Assembly (NCBI GenBank): GCA_035545255.1
Contig: DASZYR010000165.1
Span: 1 to 45,935 of the forward strand
Length of the DNA stretch: 45,935 nucleotides
Direction: 5' to 3'
Source: Rhodanobacteraceae bacterium
Lineage (GTDB): Bacteria; Pseudomonadota; Gammaproteobacteria; Xanthomonadales; Rhodanobacteraceae
Shown here one piece after another: positions 37,415 to 45,935 of this stretch. Under the pieces are notes generated by a model, which saw only the letters and a program-made list of their open reading frames with translations, made no database searches and was not told the origin of the DNA. Position 1 is the first letter of the stretch. Every line of letters begins with the position of its first letter. The translations under genes were made by a program, and so were the position numbers.

Positions 37415-39133
37415 CTACTCCGGATAGAGCGCAGGCAGCGCCGATTTCGGCTTCGCAGGCGATGCCGGCGTGCGCCAGGCGAGGCCCGGCTTGAACGCGC
37501 GTTCGAGCGCGGTGCCGACGCCGTTCGTCGCGCCGCCGGCGTAACGCGCGCGCTGCAGCGCCGCGAGCGCATCGGTCTGTGCGGTGTCGTCGAGCCGCAT
37601 CGAAAGCTCGCCGAGGTTGCGCACGTCCGGGCGCTCGCTGCGCGCCCACGCGACGAGCGCGCGCTCCGCGCCTGCGAGCTCGCCGAGCGCGCACGCGCGA
37701 AGGAATGCGGCACGTGGCGCGGACGACGCGCTCTCGCCGGGCGTGCTGGCCGGTTGCGCGGGCAGCGCGACGCGGCGCGATCGCCACCACAGCGCGAGCG
37801 TCGCGAGCCACAATGCGAAGCCGGTCACCGCCGCGATCTGCCAGAGCCGCGACGCTTGCGGCACGACGACCGGCACCGCGTGTTGGGGCACCGGCGAGGG
37901 CGAATGCGCCGTCGCCGTTTCCGCGGCGGCGGGCGCGCCCGGCGTCGACGGCGAAGGCGCCGTGCCCTTGCTTCCGACGGCCGGCAGCACGGTCACCGTG
38001 TGCGGCGCAAGCTCGGTCGTCTCGGCGCGGTCGTGCGCGGTGTCCCACCAGTGCACGCTCATGCCGGGGATCGTCAGCGTTCCGGGCCGCGTCGGCACGA
38101 ACGCGAACTTGCGCACGCGCTCGCCGTAAAGCCATGTGCCGTCGTCGCGCGTGCGCGTGTCGGGCTTGTCGGGATAGATCTCGGCGCCGTCGGGCGCGGC
38201 GAGATTCAATTCGGGAAGCTGCTCGAAGCCGAGTCCCTGCGCCTGCAAGCGGATCGTCCGCGTGACCGGATCGCCGACGTGGATCTCGCCAGGAAGCTCG
38301 CTCTCGTCCTTCAGCAGCATCGACTCGGCCGGGAGCCACGGATCGCTGCCGGTCCAGCTCGACGGTTTCGGCTTCACCGCGAGCTGCACCGCGTCCGAGC
38401 GCGCGCTGACCGAGCGTGGACGGCTGAAGAAGCCGGTCGGATCGGCCGCGTCGAGCGCGTTGCCGCGGAACATGAGCGCCGGGAGATCGAGCGTTCCGCT
38501 TTTCTCCGGCGTCAGCGCGTAGTGCCGCTCCATGACGTGGTAGCGGCGGTCGCCGATCGTCGCGAGATAGCTCTTGTCCTGACCGAGACGCTGCACGACG
38601 ACGCCGTCGGCCTGCGGCTCGGACAGATTGCCGTCGGTGAGGCCGAACGAATAATAGAGCTTGACCGTGTAGCGCACTTCCTGCTGGACGTACGGCGCGA
38701 GCGGCTCGGCGGAGACTTCGAGGAACACGTCGTCGCCGGGCTTCCCTTGCGCGCCGGCCGGCTGCGGCAGCACGGTCAGCGCGATCGGTTGAGTGTGCGC
38801 GGAGCCGACCGCGAGCGCTGGAATCGCGATGCGGCCGGCGCGCTTCGGCTCGAGTCCGACGGCCCAGACCGTTTTCGCCGTGCTCGATCCGTTGACGATG
38901 CTCACCTGCTGGCTCGATTGCGTGCCCAGCATCGTGAAATCCTGCGACAGCGGACCGAAGTCGGGCTCGCCGCCGGCATCGCCTTGCGCTTCGACATTGA
39001 GCGTGACCGTCTCGCCGAGATGCATCGTGTCGCGATCGAGCCAGGCGCGCACGGTCGGCGCGGCGGCGCGAAGCGGAACGGCCGCAAGCAACGCGATCAG
39101 CGCGAGGATCGTCGTCGAATATCGGGATCTCAT
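37415..39133 (-). CDS. batD: BatD-family protein
   Basis: Signal peptide; AWLDR..GETVTLNV, YVQQEVRYTVKL, WLPAES and VHWWDT motifs; late TM helix; operon context. Confidence 0.88.
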   Translation of the reverse strand: MRSRYSTTILALIALLAAVPLRAAAPTVRAWLDRDTMHLGETVTLNVEAQGDAGGEPDFGPLSQDFTMLGTQSSQQVSIVNGSSTAKTVWAVGLEPKRAGRIAIPALAVGSAHTQPIALTVLPQPAGAQGKPGDDVFLEVSAEPLAPYVQQEVRYTVKLYYSFGLTDGNLSEPQADGVVVQRLGQDKSYLATIGDRRYHVMERHYALTPEKSGTLDLPALMFRGNALDAADPTGFFSRPRSVSARSDAVQLAVKPKPSSWTGSDPWLPAESMLLKDESELPGEIHVGDPVTRTIRLQAQGLGFEQLPELNLAAPDGAEIYPDKPDTRTRDDGTWLYGERVRKFAFVPTRPGTLTIPGMSVHWWDTAHDRAETTELAPHTVTVLPAVGSKGTAPSPSTPGAPAAAETATAHSPSPVPQHAVPVVVPQASRLWQIAAVTGFALWLATLALWWRSRRVALPAQPASTPGESASSAPRAAFLRACALGELAGAERALVAWARSERPDVRNLGELSMRLDDTAQTDALAALQRARYAGGATNGVGTALERAFKPGLAWRTPASPAKPKSALPALYPE

Positions 39134-41070
39134 CCGTTGTCGCCTCCGCCCTGCTGGCGCCGTTGATGCTCGAGCAGGAACTTGCGGCGCAGGAGGCCGC
39201 CCGGATCGTCCGGCACGCGCTGCAGCAGATGCTCGAGCGCCTGCCGCTTTTCCTGCGTCGCCGCGTCTTCCTCTTCGATCGCCCCGGACGGCTTGCCGTC
39301 CTTGTCCGGCTTGCCGCCGGAAGCGAGCGACTGGTTGATGGCGTCGGTCAGCGCCTTCTGCTGCTCGCTGCTCGCCTTGCCCTGCGAGGGATCGAGCCCG
39401 GATTGCGCATCGGTCGTCGCGCCTTCGGTTCCGGACGACGAAGGCTGCTTCTGCTGCTCCTCGCCGGCGTCCTGCCCGGACTGGCTTTGCTGCGGCTGGT
39501 CGTCGCCGCCTTGATCCGGAGACGAAGCGCCTTGTTGTCCATCCTCTGAACGCTGATCGTGCGACTCGCCCGATTCGTTTTGCTTCTGCTCGTCCTGATT
39601 CTGCTGCGATCCGTCACCCGACGACGGCTTGCGATCGCTGCCGTTGCCGTTTTTCGAATCCTGCTTCGAGGATTTGTCCTGCTGCTGCTTCTGCTGGCGC
39701 TTCAGCCATTCCTCGACGGCGGCCTTGTTCGCCTTCGCATCGTCCATGTCCGGAGCGAGCTTCAGCGCACGATCGTAGGACGCGATCGCGTCTTCGTAAC
39801 GGCCGAGCTTGGCGAGCGCGTTGCCTTCGTTGTAGGCGCCGTCGGCGTTCCCGATCTTCGAGTAGTCGGTAGCGGCGGATTCGTAATCGCCGGCGCGGAA
39901 CGCGGCGCTGCCGTGCCAGTCCGGCGATCGGGCAACGTCCAGCGCGGACTTCGCATCGCCGCCGGCAAGCGCCGCGGCGGCCTGCTGATCGGAGCGGAGC
40001 CAGAGATCGGTGAACGACGCCGCATCCGCGCGCGGCGCCGGGATTGCCATCAGCACGATGGCCATCAGCCAGCCGCGACGAAACGCGAGCGCGGCGAGCG
40101 GCAGCAGCAATAGCATCAGCCAGGGGCCGCGATCTCGCCAACGCGCGCTCGCCGCGAGATCGGCCGGCGACGACGCGGCCTCGGCTTGCGATGCCGCGCC
40201 GGCGCGATCGACGAGCAGCGAATCGATGTCGCGGGAATCGGCGCTCAAAGTCGCGTAGCGTCCGCCGCCGGCTTCGGCGACCTCGCGCAGACTCGCATCG
40301 TCGCGTTTGGCGACGACGACGTTGCCGCTGTCGTCCTTGAGGAAATCGCCCTGCGCGAGCGCGACGGGCGCGCCACCCGGCGTGCCGACGCCGAGCACGG
40401 AAACGACCAATCCGTCGGCGTGCGCCTTGCGCGCCGCCGCCGCAGCCGCGGCATCGGCGCTGTCGGCGACGAGGAGGATGTCGCCCGAGTGCAATCCCGC
40501 CTGCTCGATCAGCTTCTGCGCCGTCTCGATCGCGGCGGCCGCGTGATTGCCGGCAACCGGCATCGTCGACGGATCGAGCGCGTCGACGAGATTGCGCACC
40601 GTGCCGACGTCGTCGGTCAGCGGCGCGGCGACGAACGCTTCTCCGGCATAACCGATCAGCGCGGTCTGGTAATCCTTGCTGCGATCGAGGATGTCGACGA
40701 GCTTGTAGCGCGCGCGCTCGAAGCGGCTCGGCTTGTCGTCCTGCGCCATCATCGTCGACGAAAGCTCGAGTGCGAGCACGCGCGCGGCCTGGTTTCGATA
40801 GAGCGGCATCGGCTCGCGCTCCCACGCGGGGCCGGCGAGCGCAACGCACGCGAGCGTCCACAACAGGGTCGCGAGCGCCATCCCGGAACGCCCGGAACTC
40901 GCGTCGATGCGCTCGATCAGATGCGGAAGGAGGTGCGCGTCGACGACGCCGCGCCATGCGCCGGCATCGGCGCGCCCGCGCCTGCGCAACAGCCAGAACG
41001 CGGGCGCTGCGAGCAGGAGCAGGAGCCACAGCGGCCGCAGGAAATGGAAGTCCGCGAGCGTGCCTGTCAT
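39130..41070 (-). CDS. vWA + TPR protein (BatB/BatC fusion type)
   Basis: FHFLRPLWL start, degenerate MIDAS (LELSSTM), AYNEGNALAKLG TPR, Gln/Ser-rich linker, RVPDDPGGLLRRKF. Confidence 0.9.
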   Translation of the reverse strand: MTGTLADFHFLRPLWLLLLLAAPAFWLLRRRGRADAGAWRGVVDAHLLPHLIERIDASSGRSGMALATLLWTLACVALAGPAWEREPMPLYRNQAARVLALELSSTMMAQDDKPSRFERARYKLVDILDRSKDYQTALIGYAGEAFVAAPLTDDVGTVRNLVDALDPSTMPVAGNHAAAAIETAQKLIEQAGLHSGDILLVADSADAAAAAAARKAHADGLVVSVLGVGTPGGAPVALAQGDFLKDDSGNVVVAKRDDASLREVAEAGGGRYATLSADSRDIDSLLVDRAGAASQAEAASSPADLAASARWRDRGPWLMLLLLPLAALAFRRGWLMAIVLMAIPAPRADAASFTDLWLRSDQQAAAALAGGDAKSALDVARSPDWHGSAAFRAGDYESAATDYSKIGNADGAYNEGNALAKLGRYEDAIASYDRALKLAPDMDDAKANKAAVEEWLKRQQKQQQDKSSKQDSKNGNGSDRKPSSGDGSQQNQDEQKQNESGESHDQRSEDGQQGASSPDQGGDDQPQQSQSGQDAGEEQQKQPSSSGTEGATTDAQSGLDPSQGKASSEQQKALTDAINQSLASGGKPDKDGKPSGAIEEEDAATQEKRQALEHLLQRVPDDPGGLLRRKFLLEHQRRQQGGGDNG

Positions 41071-42089
41071 CGCGGCACCGTTCGCGAGCGAAGCGCGTTG
41101 CCGCCGAGCGACTGCGGACGCCATCCCGGCAGCAGGAACGCAAGTGCCACCGCCGCGACCGACGCCGCGAGCGGCATCCAGTACAGCTCGTCGATCGGGC
41201 GCAGGCTTTCTTTCGTGTCCGCGACGGGCTCGAGCTGGTCGATCGTGCGATAGATGTCGGCAAGCTCCTCGCTGTTGCGCGCGCGGAAGTAGCGCCCGCC
41301 GGTGGCCTCGGCCATGCGCTTCAGCATCGCCTCGTCGAGATCGGCGGACGGATTGACGACGCGGCTGCCGAACAGGCTGTTGACGCGCAGCGCCTCTGCG
41401 CCGACGCCGATCGTGTAGACGCGCACGTGGTTCGCGGCGGCAAGATCGATCGCCTTGCGCGGATCGAGATCGCCGGCCGTGTTGACGCCGTCGGTCAGGA
41501 GCACGAGCACGCGCTGATCCTCGGGCCGGTCGCGCAAGCGCTTCACGGCGAGCCCCAGCGCATCGCCGATCGCGGTCTCGCGGCCGGCGAGGCCGATCGT
41601 CGAATCGGCCAGCTGCTTGCCGACGGTCTTGAGATCGAACGTCAGCGGCACGAGCAGGTACGCGCGCGTGCCGAACAGGATCAGGCCGACGCGATCGCCG
41701 CTGCGGCGATGGATGAAGTCCGATGCGATCGCCTGGATCGCCGCGAAACGCGGCACGGCACCGCCGGCCAGCTGCATGTCCTCGATGCTCATGCTGCCCG
41801 ACGTGTCGATCGCGAGCATGAGATCGCGACCGGAGCGCGGCACGTCCTCGGGCGGGCCGAGCCATTGCGGCCGCGATGCGGCGAACACGAGCAGCGCCCA
41901 GGCGAGCAACGCGAGCGCCGTGCGCAGCCGCGGTACCGGCGAGATATCCATCTGCTGCGGCAGCACGAAACCCGCGTGCGGAAGATGCAGCGCCGTCGCG
42001 ATGAAACCCGGCGCGCGCGGCAGCAGGCGCGCGACGATGAGCGGCAGCGGGAGCGCGACGAGAAGCCAGGGCCAGGCAAGCTCAAGCAC
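41067..42089 (-). CDS. vWA-domain protein (BatA-like)
   Basis: MIDAS DTSGSM, TAIGDALG and LLTDG motifs. GTG start inferred. Confidence 0.9.
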   Translation of the reverse strand: MLELAWPWLLVALPLPLIVARLLPRAPGFIATALHLPHAGFVLPQQMDISPVPRLRTALALLAWALLVFAASRPQWLGPPEDVPRSGRDLMLAIDTSGSMSIEDMQLAGGAVPRFAAIQAIASDFIHRRSGDRVGLILFGTRAYLLVPLTFDLKTVGKQLADSTIGLAGRETAIGDALGLAVKRLRDRPEDQRVLVLLTDGVNTAGDLDPRKAIDLAAANHVRVYTIGVGAEALRVNSLFGSRVVNPSADLDEAMLKRMAEATGGRYFRARNSEELADIYRTIDQLEPVADTKESLRPIDELYWMPLAASVAAVALAFLLPGWRPQSLGGNALRSRTVPR

Positions 42090-42630
42090 GGCCGGACCTC
42101 CGCGGCAGCGCGCGGCGAAGCCACATGCGCGCGAGCGCGAGCAACGCATGGGCATCGACGTTCGCGGCCGGATCGCCGGCACGGCGATACGGCGCGTCGA
42201 TCAGCGCGCGGCCGGTCGCCGTGCGAAATCTCGGCGCGGCATGGCCCGCGCCTGGATCGGAATGCTGCTCGCGCGCTTTTCGCGGCTCCTCGAATCGACG
42301 ATCGAGAAACGCGAGCCACGCCTCGCCGTTCAGGGCGGCGGCTTCCGGCTCGATCAGCAGCGACGCGCGGCGCAACAGTTGCGAGACGTCCGCCGCGAGC
42401 CGGACCGGATCGGGCTCGGCGGCATGCGATGCCGCGATGCGTTCGAGCTCCGCGGCGACGCGCCGGCGCCAGCGACGCTCGCGCAACGCGCGCACCAGCA
42501 TCGCGATCGCGTACGCGACGAGCGCGATCACGACGAGCGCGAGCAGCCACCAGCCCGGCGCCGGCGGCCACCACGACGGTGCGGGCGGCAGATGGATGTC
42601 GCGAAGGTCGGGACCGGCCGGCGCGCTCAC
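42082..42630 (-). CDS. DUF4381-like membrane protein
   Basis: LRDIHLP..SWWPPAPGWW and GEAWLAFLD motifs. Confidence 0.85.
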   Translation of the reverse strand: MSAPAGPDLRDIHLPPAPSWWPPAPGWWLLALVVIALVAYAIAMLVRALRERRWRRRVAAELERIAASHAAEPDPVRLAADVSQLLRRASLLIEPEAAALNGEAWLAFLDRRFEEPRKAREQHSDPGAGHAAPRFRTATGRALIDAPYRRAGDPAANVDAHALLALARMWLRRALPRRSGRA

Positions 42631-43559
42631 GCGGCACCCGACGTCTGTCTCGTCCGCGCCAGCAGCGGCGCGAGCGCCCGGCGCAGATCCGCGTGACCGT
42701 CGAGATCGAGCGTACGCACGCCCGATCTCCGGCATTCTTCGCGCAAACGCTCGCGCGCGTCGGCGAAGCGCTGCGTCCATGCGCGCCGCACGGAAGCATC
42801 GCCGAAATCGAGCACGCGCCGCGCGGCGCCAAGATGCACGGCGTAGCGGCCCGGCGGCGGCGCCGCGAGCTCGAGCGCATCGCGCAGCAGGACCACCGAA
42901 ATCTCGTGCCTTCCGGCGAGCTGGGGCAGGAGCTGCGCGGCCGGCACATCGGCGCTGAAGCCGTCGGTCAGGAGGATCATGCGCATGCCGGGACGTAGCA
43001 ACCTGCGCACGCGCGCGAGTCCGCTCGACAAGGGCTCGCTTCGCGATGGGTCGCCCGCGTGATCCCAGTCGCGCAGGGCGCGCAGCACCCGCAGCACTCC
43101 GCGCCGTCCGCCGGCGGGTTTCACTTCGCCGCTGATGCCGCCGCCGAAGCCGAGCGCGCCGATGCGATCGCCCGCTGCGGCGGCCATCCACGCGAGCAAT
43201 GCCGACGCGCGCGCCGCCTGCACGCTCTTGAATCGGACGCGCGTGCCGAAGCGCATGCCGGGATTCTCGTCGACGACGAGCAGCAGGCCCTGCTCGCGTT
43301 CTTCCTGGAACACCTTCGTATGCGGCTTGCCGCTGCGGGCCGTTACGCGCCAGTCCATGTGGCGGATCTCGTCGCCCGGGAGATAGATGCGCGACTCGCG
43401 AAAATCGACACCGCGACCGCGCCAGCGCGACGCGTGCCCACCTGAGCGCAACGCGGGGCTCCGCCGGCTCCGCGCGAGGCTCGCGCCGTGCGCGACGGAC
43501 GAGAGAGCCAGGAGCTCGTCGAGGGCGACTTGCGTCGGGTTGGCACGCGACTTCGACAT
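42627..43559 (-). CDS. DUF58-family protein
   Basis: RGRGVDFRESRIYLPGDEIRHMDWRVTAR motif. Confidence 0.92.
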   Translation of the reverse strand: MSKSRANPTQVALDELLALSSVAHGASLARSRRSPALRSGGHASRWRGRGVDFRESRIYLPGDEIRHMDWRVTARSGKPHTKVFQEEREQGLLLVVDENPGMRFGTRVRFKSVQAARASALLAWMAAAAGDRIGALGFGGGISGEVKPAGGRRGVLRVLRALRDWDHAGDPSRSEPLSSGLARVRRLLRPGMRMILLTDGFSADVPAAQLLPQLAGRHEISVVLLRDALELAAPPPGRYAVHLGAARRVLDFGDASVRRAWTQRFADARERLREECRRSGVRTLDLDGHADLRRALAPLLARTRQTSGAA

Positions 43560-43564
43560 GGATT

Positions 43565-43669
43565 AAAGCCGGGATCCGGGACTCGGGATTCGGGATGGAG
43601 AAAAAAAGTCGCGACTCCGCCGACGCGCGTTTTGCGCATCCCGAATCCCGAGTCCCGGATCCCGGCTTT
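43565..43669. repeat. Perfect 33-bp inverted repeat built from GGGATTC-type heptamers
   Basis: AAAGCCGGGATCCGGGACTCGGGATTCGGGATG (43565-43597) and its exact reverse complement (43637-43669). Confidence 0.92.
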
Positions 43670-44656
43670 TCACGGCAAGGGCACGCGTTCCAGCAACATC
43701 GAAACGACGCGATCCGAATTCACGCCCTCGGCTTCGGCCTCGTAGCTCAGCAGCACGCGATGGCGCAGCACGTCGGCGGCGATCGCATGGACGTCTTCGG
43801 GCGTGACGTAGTCGCGGCCGGCGAGCCACGCGTGCGCGCGGGCGCAACGGTCGAGCGCGATCGTGCCGCGCGGGCTCGCGCCGTATGCGACCCAGCGTTT
43901 CAGTTCTTCGCCGTAGCGCGACGGATCGCGCGTCGCGAGCACGAGCTGCACGATGTATTCCTCGAGCTGCGGCGCGAGATGCATCGCCAGGACCGCCGAG
44001 CGCGCTGCGAACACCTGCGCCTGGCTCACGATCCGCGAAGGCACCGCAGGTGCCGCGAGCGCTTCCCGCGCGCGATCGCGCGCGAGTTTCAGGATCGCGG
44101 CTTCGGCCGCGGCCTGCGGATAGTCGATGCGGACGTGCAGCAGGAAACGATCGAGCTGCGCTTCGGGCAAGGGATACGTGCCTTCCTGCTCGATCGGATT
44201 CTGCGTCGCCATGACGAGGAACAGCGCCGGCAGCGCGTAGGTGTCGCGGCCGACCGTGACCTGCCGCTCGCCCATCGCTTCGAGCATCGCCGACTGCACT
44301 TTCGCGGGCGCGCGGTTGACCTCGTCGGCGAGGATCAGGTTGTGGAAGATCGGGCCGCGCTGGAACTCGAAGCTCGCGGTCTGCGGACGGTAGATCTCGG
44401 TGCCGGTGAGATCGGCCGGCAGGAGATCCGGCGTGAACTGCACGCGGTGGAAATCGCCTTCGATGCGCGCGGCGAGCTCCTTGATCGCGGTCGTCTTGGC
44501 GAGGCCGGGAGCGCCCTCGACGAGAAGATGGCCGTCGGCGAGCAGCGCGATCAGCAGGCGATCGATCAGCGCCTCCTGGCCGAGGATGCATTGGCCGAGC
44601 TCGGCGCGAAGCGTGGCGAAGGCCGTGGCGGCCGCGGTGGGTTCTGGCATGTCCAT
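43670..44656 (-). CDS. moxR: MoxR-family AAA+ ATPase
   Basis: GAPGLAKT, QFTPDLLPAD, DEVNRA and ATQNPIEQEGTYPLPEAQLDRF motifs. Start may be 44650, 44656 or 44662. Confidence 0.95.
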   Translation of the reverse strand: MDMPEPTAAATAFATLRAELGQCILGQEALIDRLLIALLADGHLLVEGAPGLAKTTAIKELAARIEGDFHRVQFTPDLLPADLTGTEIYRPQTASFEFQRGPIFHNLILADEVNRAPAKVQSAMLEAMGERQVTVGRDTYALPALFLVMATQNPIEQEGTYPLPEAQLDRFLLHVRIDYPQAAAEAAILKLARDRAREALAAPAVPSRIVSQAQVFAARSAVLAMHLAPQLEEYIVQLVLATRDPSRYGEELKRWVAYGASPRGTIALDRCARAHAWLAGRDYVTPEDVHAIAADVLRHRVLLSYEAEAEGVNSDRVVSMLLERVPLP

Positions 44657-44769
44657 GGGCATTTCGGGGCTTTGCGCAATGATCGCACGATGGGGCGGCC
44701 GTCCCGCCCGGATGCGCCCATCAGACAGCGGACCGGGCCGGAAGTTTGCACCGCCCGCCGCCGCAGCGA

Positions 44770-45933
44770 TCAGCGGTTCAGCGCCTCGGCCAGCGTGCAC
44801 GGCTTGCCGACCAGCCAGCCCTGCGCGTAGCGGCAGCCGAGACGATGCAGGATCTCGCGCTGCTCGCGCTTCTCGACGCCCTCGGCGACGATGTTGCAGT
44901 CGAGCGCGCGCGCCATCGCGACGATGACGCCGACCATCGCGACGCCGCGCGGGCGGTCGAGCGCGCGCACGAAGCTCTGGTCGAGCTTGATGTGATCGAA
45001 ATCGAGCGTCAGCAGCGGACCGAGGTTCGAATAGCCGGTGCCGAAATCGTCGAGCGCGACGTGCATGCCGGCCGCGTGGCAGCGCGCGAGCACCTCGGCA
45101 ACGCGCGCGTGGTCGAGCACGAGGCTCTCGGTGATCTCGATCTTGAGCCGGTCCGGCGTCAGCGCGCGCTTGCCGAGCTCGTCGATCATGCGGTCGACGA
45201 GCTTCGGATCGTCGAGCTGGCGCGCCGACACGTTGAGCGCGATGAACGGCAGCGGCTTGACGCCGCGGCGCCGGAATTCGGCCAGCATGTCGCAGACTCG
45301 GGCCAGCACGTAGTCGCCGACCGGCAGGATCAGCGAGGTTTCTTCGGCGAGACGGATGAACTCGGCCGGCGAGACCCAGCCGCGCTCGGGATGATGCCAG
45401 CGCACGAGCGCCTCGTAGCCGGCGATGTGGCCCGACACGATCTCCTCGATCGGCTGCACGCGCACTTCGAGCTCACCGCGCTCGAGCGCACTGCGCAGCT
45501 CGCTTTCGAGACGGATCTTGTCGAAAGCGCCCGCGTCGTGACGGCTTGCGGCGGTATCGAGCAGCGACGCCGGCGCCGGCTCGTCGCCGGTCAGCGTCGC
45601 GAGCGCCGAGCGGTAGCGGCTGAGCTGGCTCATCAGCAGCGCGCGCACGACGGGATCCGCCGCGGCAAGACGCTCGGCGAACTGCCGGCGATCGATCGGC
45701 GTCAGGACGCAGTCCGTCAGCGCGCGCGCCGTCGCCGTGCGCGGCGAATCGTCGATGACGGCCATCTCGCCGAGCAGCATGCCGGGACCGAGCTGGCCGA
45801 GGATCGTGCGCTCGCCGCGCTGCAGCGTCGTGACCTCGACCTCGCCGCTCTCGATCAGGTACGCCGTCGTCGGCGGATCGTTCTCGGCGAAGATGATGGT
45901 GCCGGCGCGGATGTCGGCGCGGTGGCTGGGCAT
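44770..45933 (-). CDS. cNMP-binding domain + EAL c-di-GMP phosphodiesterase
   Basis: GEMAVIDDSPRTATA cassette; EAL, EITES, DDFGTGYS and AEGVE motifs. The start is at the window edge and may extend further. Confidence 0.88.
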   Translation of the reverse strand: MPSHRADIRAGTIIFAENDPPTTAYLIESGEVEVTTLQRGERTILGQLGPGMLLGEMAVIDDSPRTATARALTDCVLTPIDRRQFAERLAAADPVVRALLMSQLSRYRSALATLTGDEPAPASLLDTAASRHDAGAFDKIRLESELRSALERGELEVRVQPIEEIVSGHIAGYEALVRWHHPERGWVSPAEFIRLAEETSLILPVGDYVLARVCDMLAEFRRRGVKPLPFIALNVSARQLDDPKLVDRMIDELGKRALTPDRLKIEITESLVLDHARVAEVLARCHAAGMHVALDDFGTGYSNLGPLLTLDFDHIKLDQSFVRALDRPRGVAMVGVIVAMARALDCNIVAEGVEKREQREILHRLGCRYAQGWLVGKPCTLAEALNR

Positions 45934-45935
45934 GG

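Overview
High-GC bacterial chromosomal window; gene content and repeat families suggest Xanthomonadales, probably Rhodanobacteraceae/Dokdonella-like (inference). From left to right: (1) a MacAB-like MFP/ABC exporter operon with an NtrC-type regulator, divergent from an ECF sigma / anti-sigma-like / PDZ operon; (2) uup and dusA; (3) a kinase-associated ECF sigma, a membrane Ser/Thr kinase with TPRs, and a large secreted protein of unknown function; (4) tonB and several small genes; (5) gap and tkt flanking an OsmC / persulfide dioxygenase / acyltransferase trio; (6) a small outer-membrane beta-barrel; (7) a second Ser/Thr kinase-TPR next to a secreted DUF2961 (GH172-like) protein; (8) a moxR-bat operon and a cNMP-EAL gene. 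Three families of palindromic intergenic repeats are present. I saw no tRNA, rRNA, CRISPR array, transposase or integrase. Best new leads: a readable ECF -> enhancer-binding protein -> sigma54 cascade at 1-9.4 kb; two secreted proteins that share a DAIFxxGF[DE] motif and each sit beside a kinase-TPR gene; and RNA hairpins with GGA loops resembling CsrA/RsmA sites at 25.4-25.6 kb and 32.4 kb. All product calls come from motif recognition by eye, not database searches.
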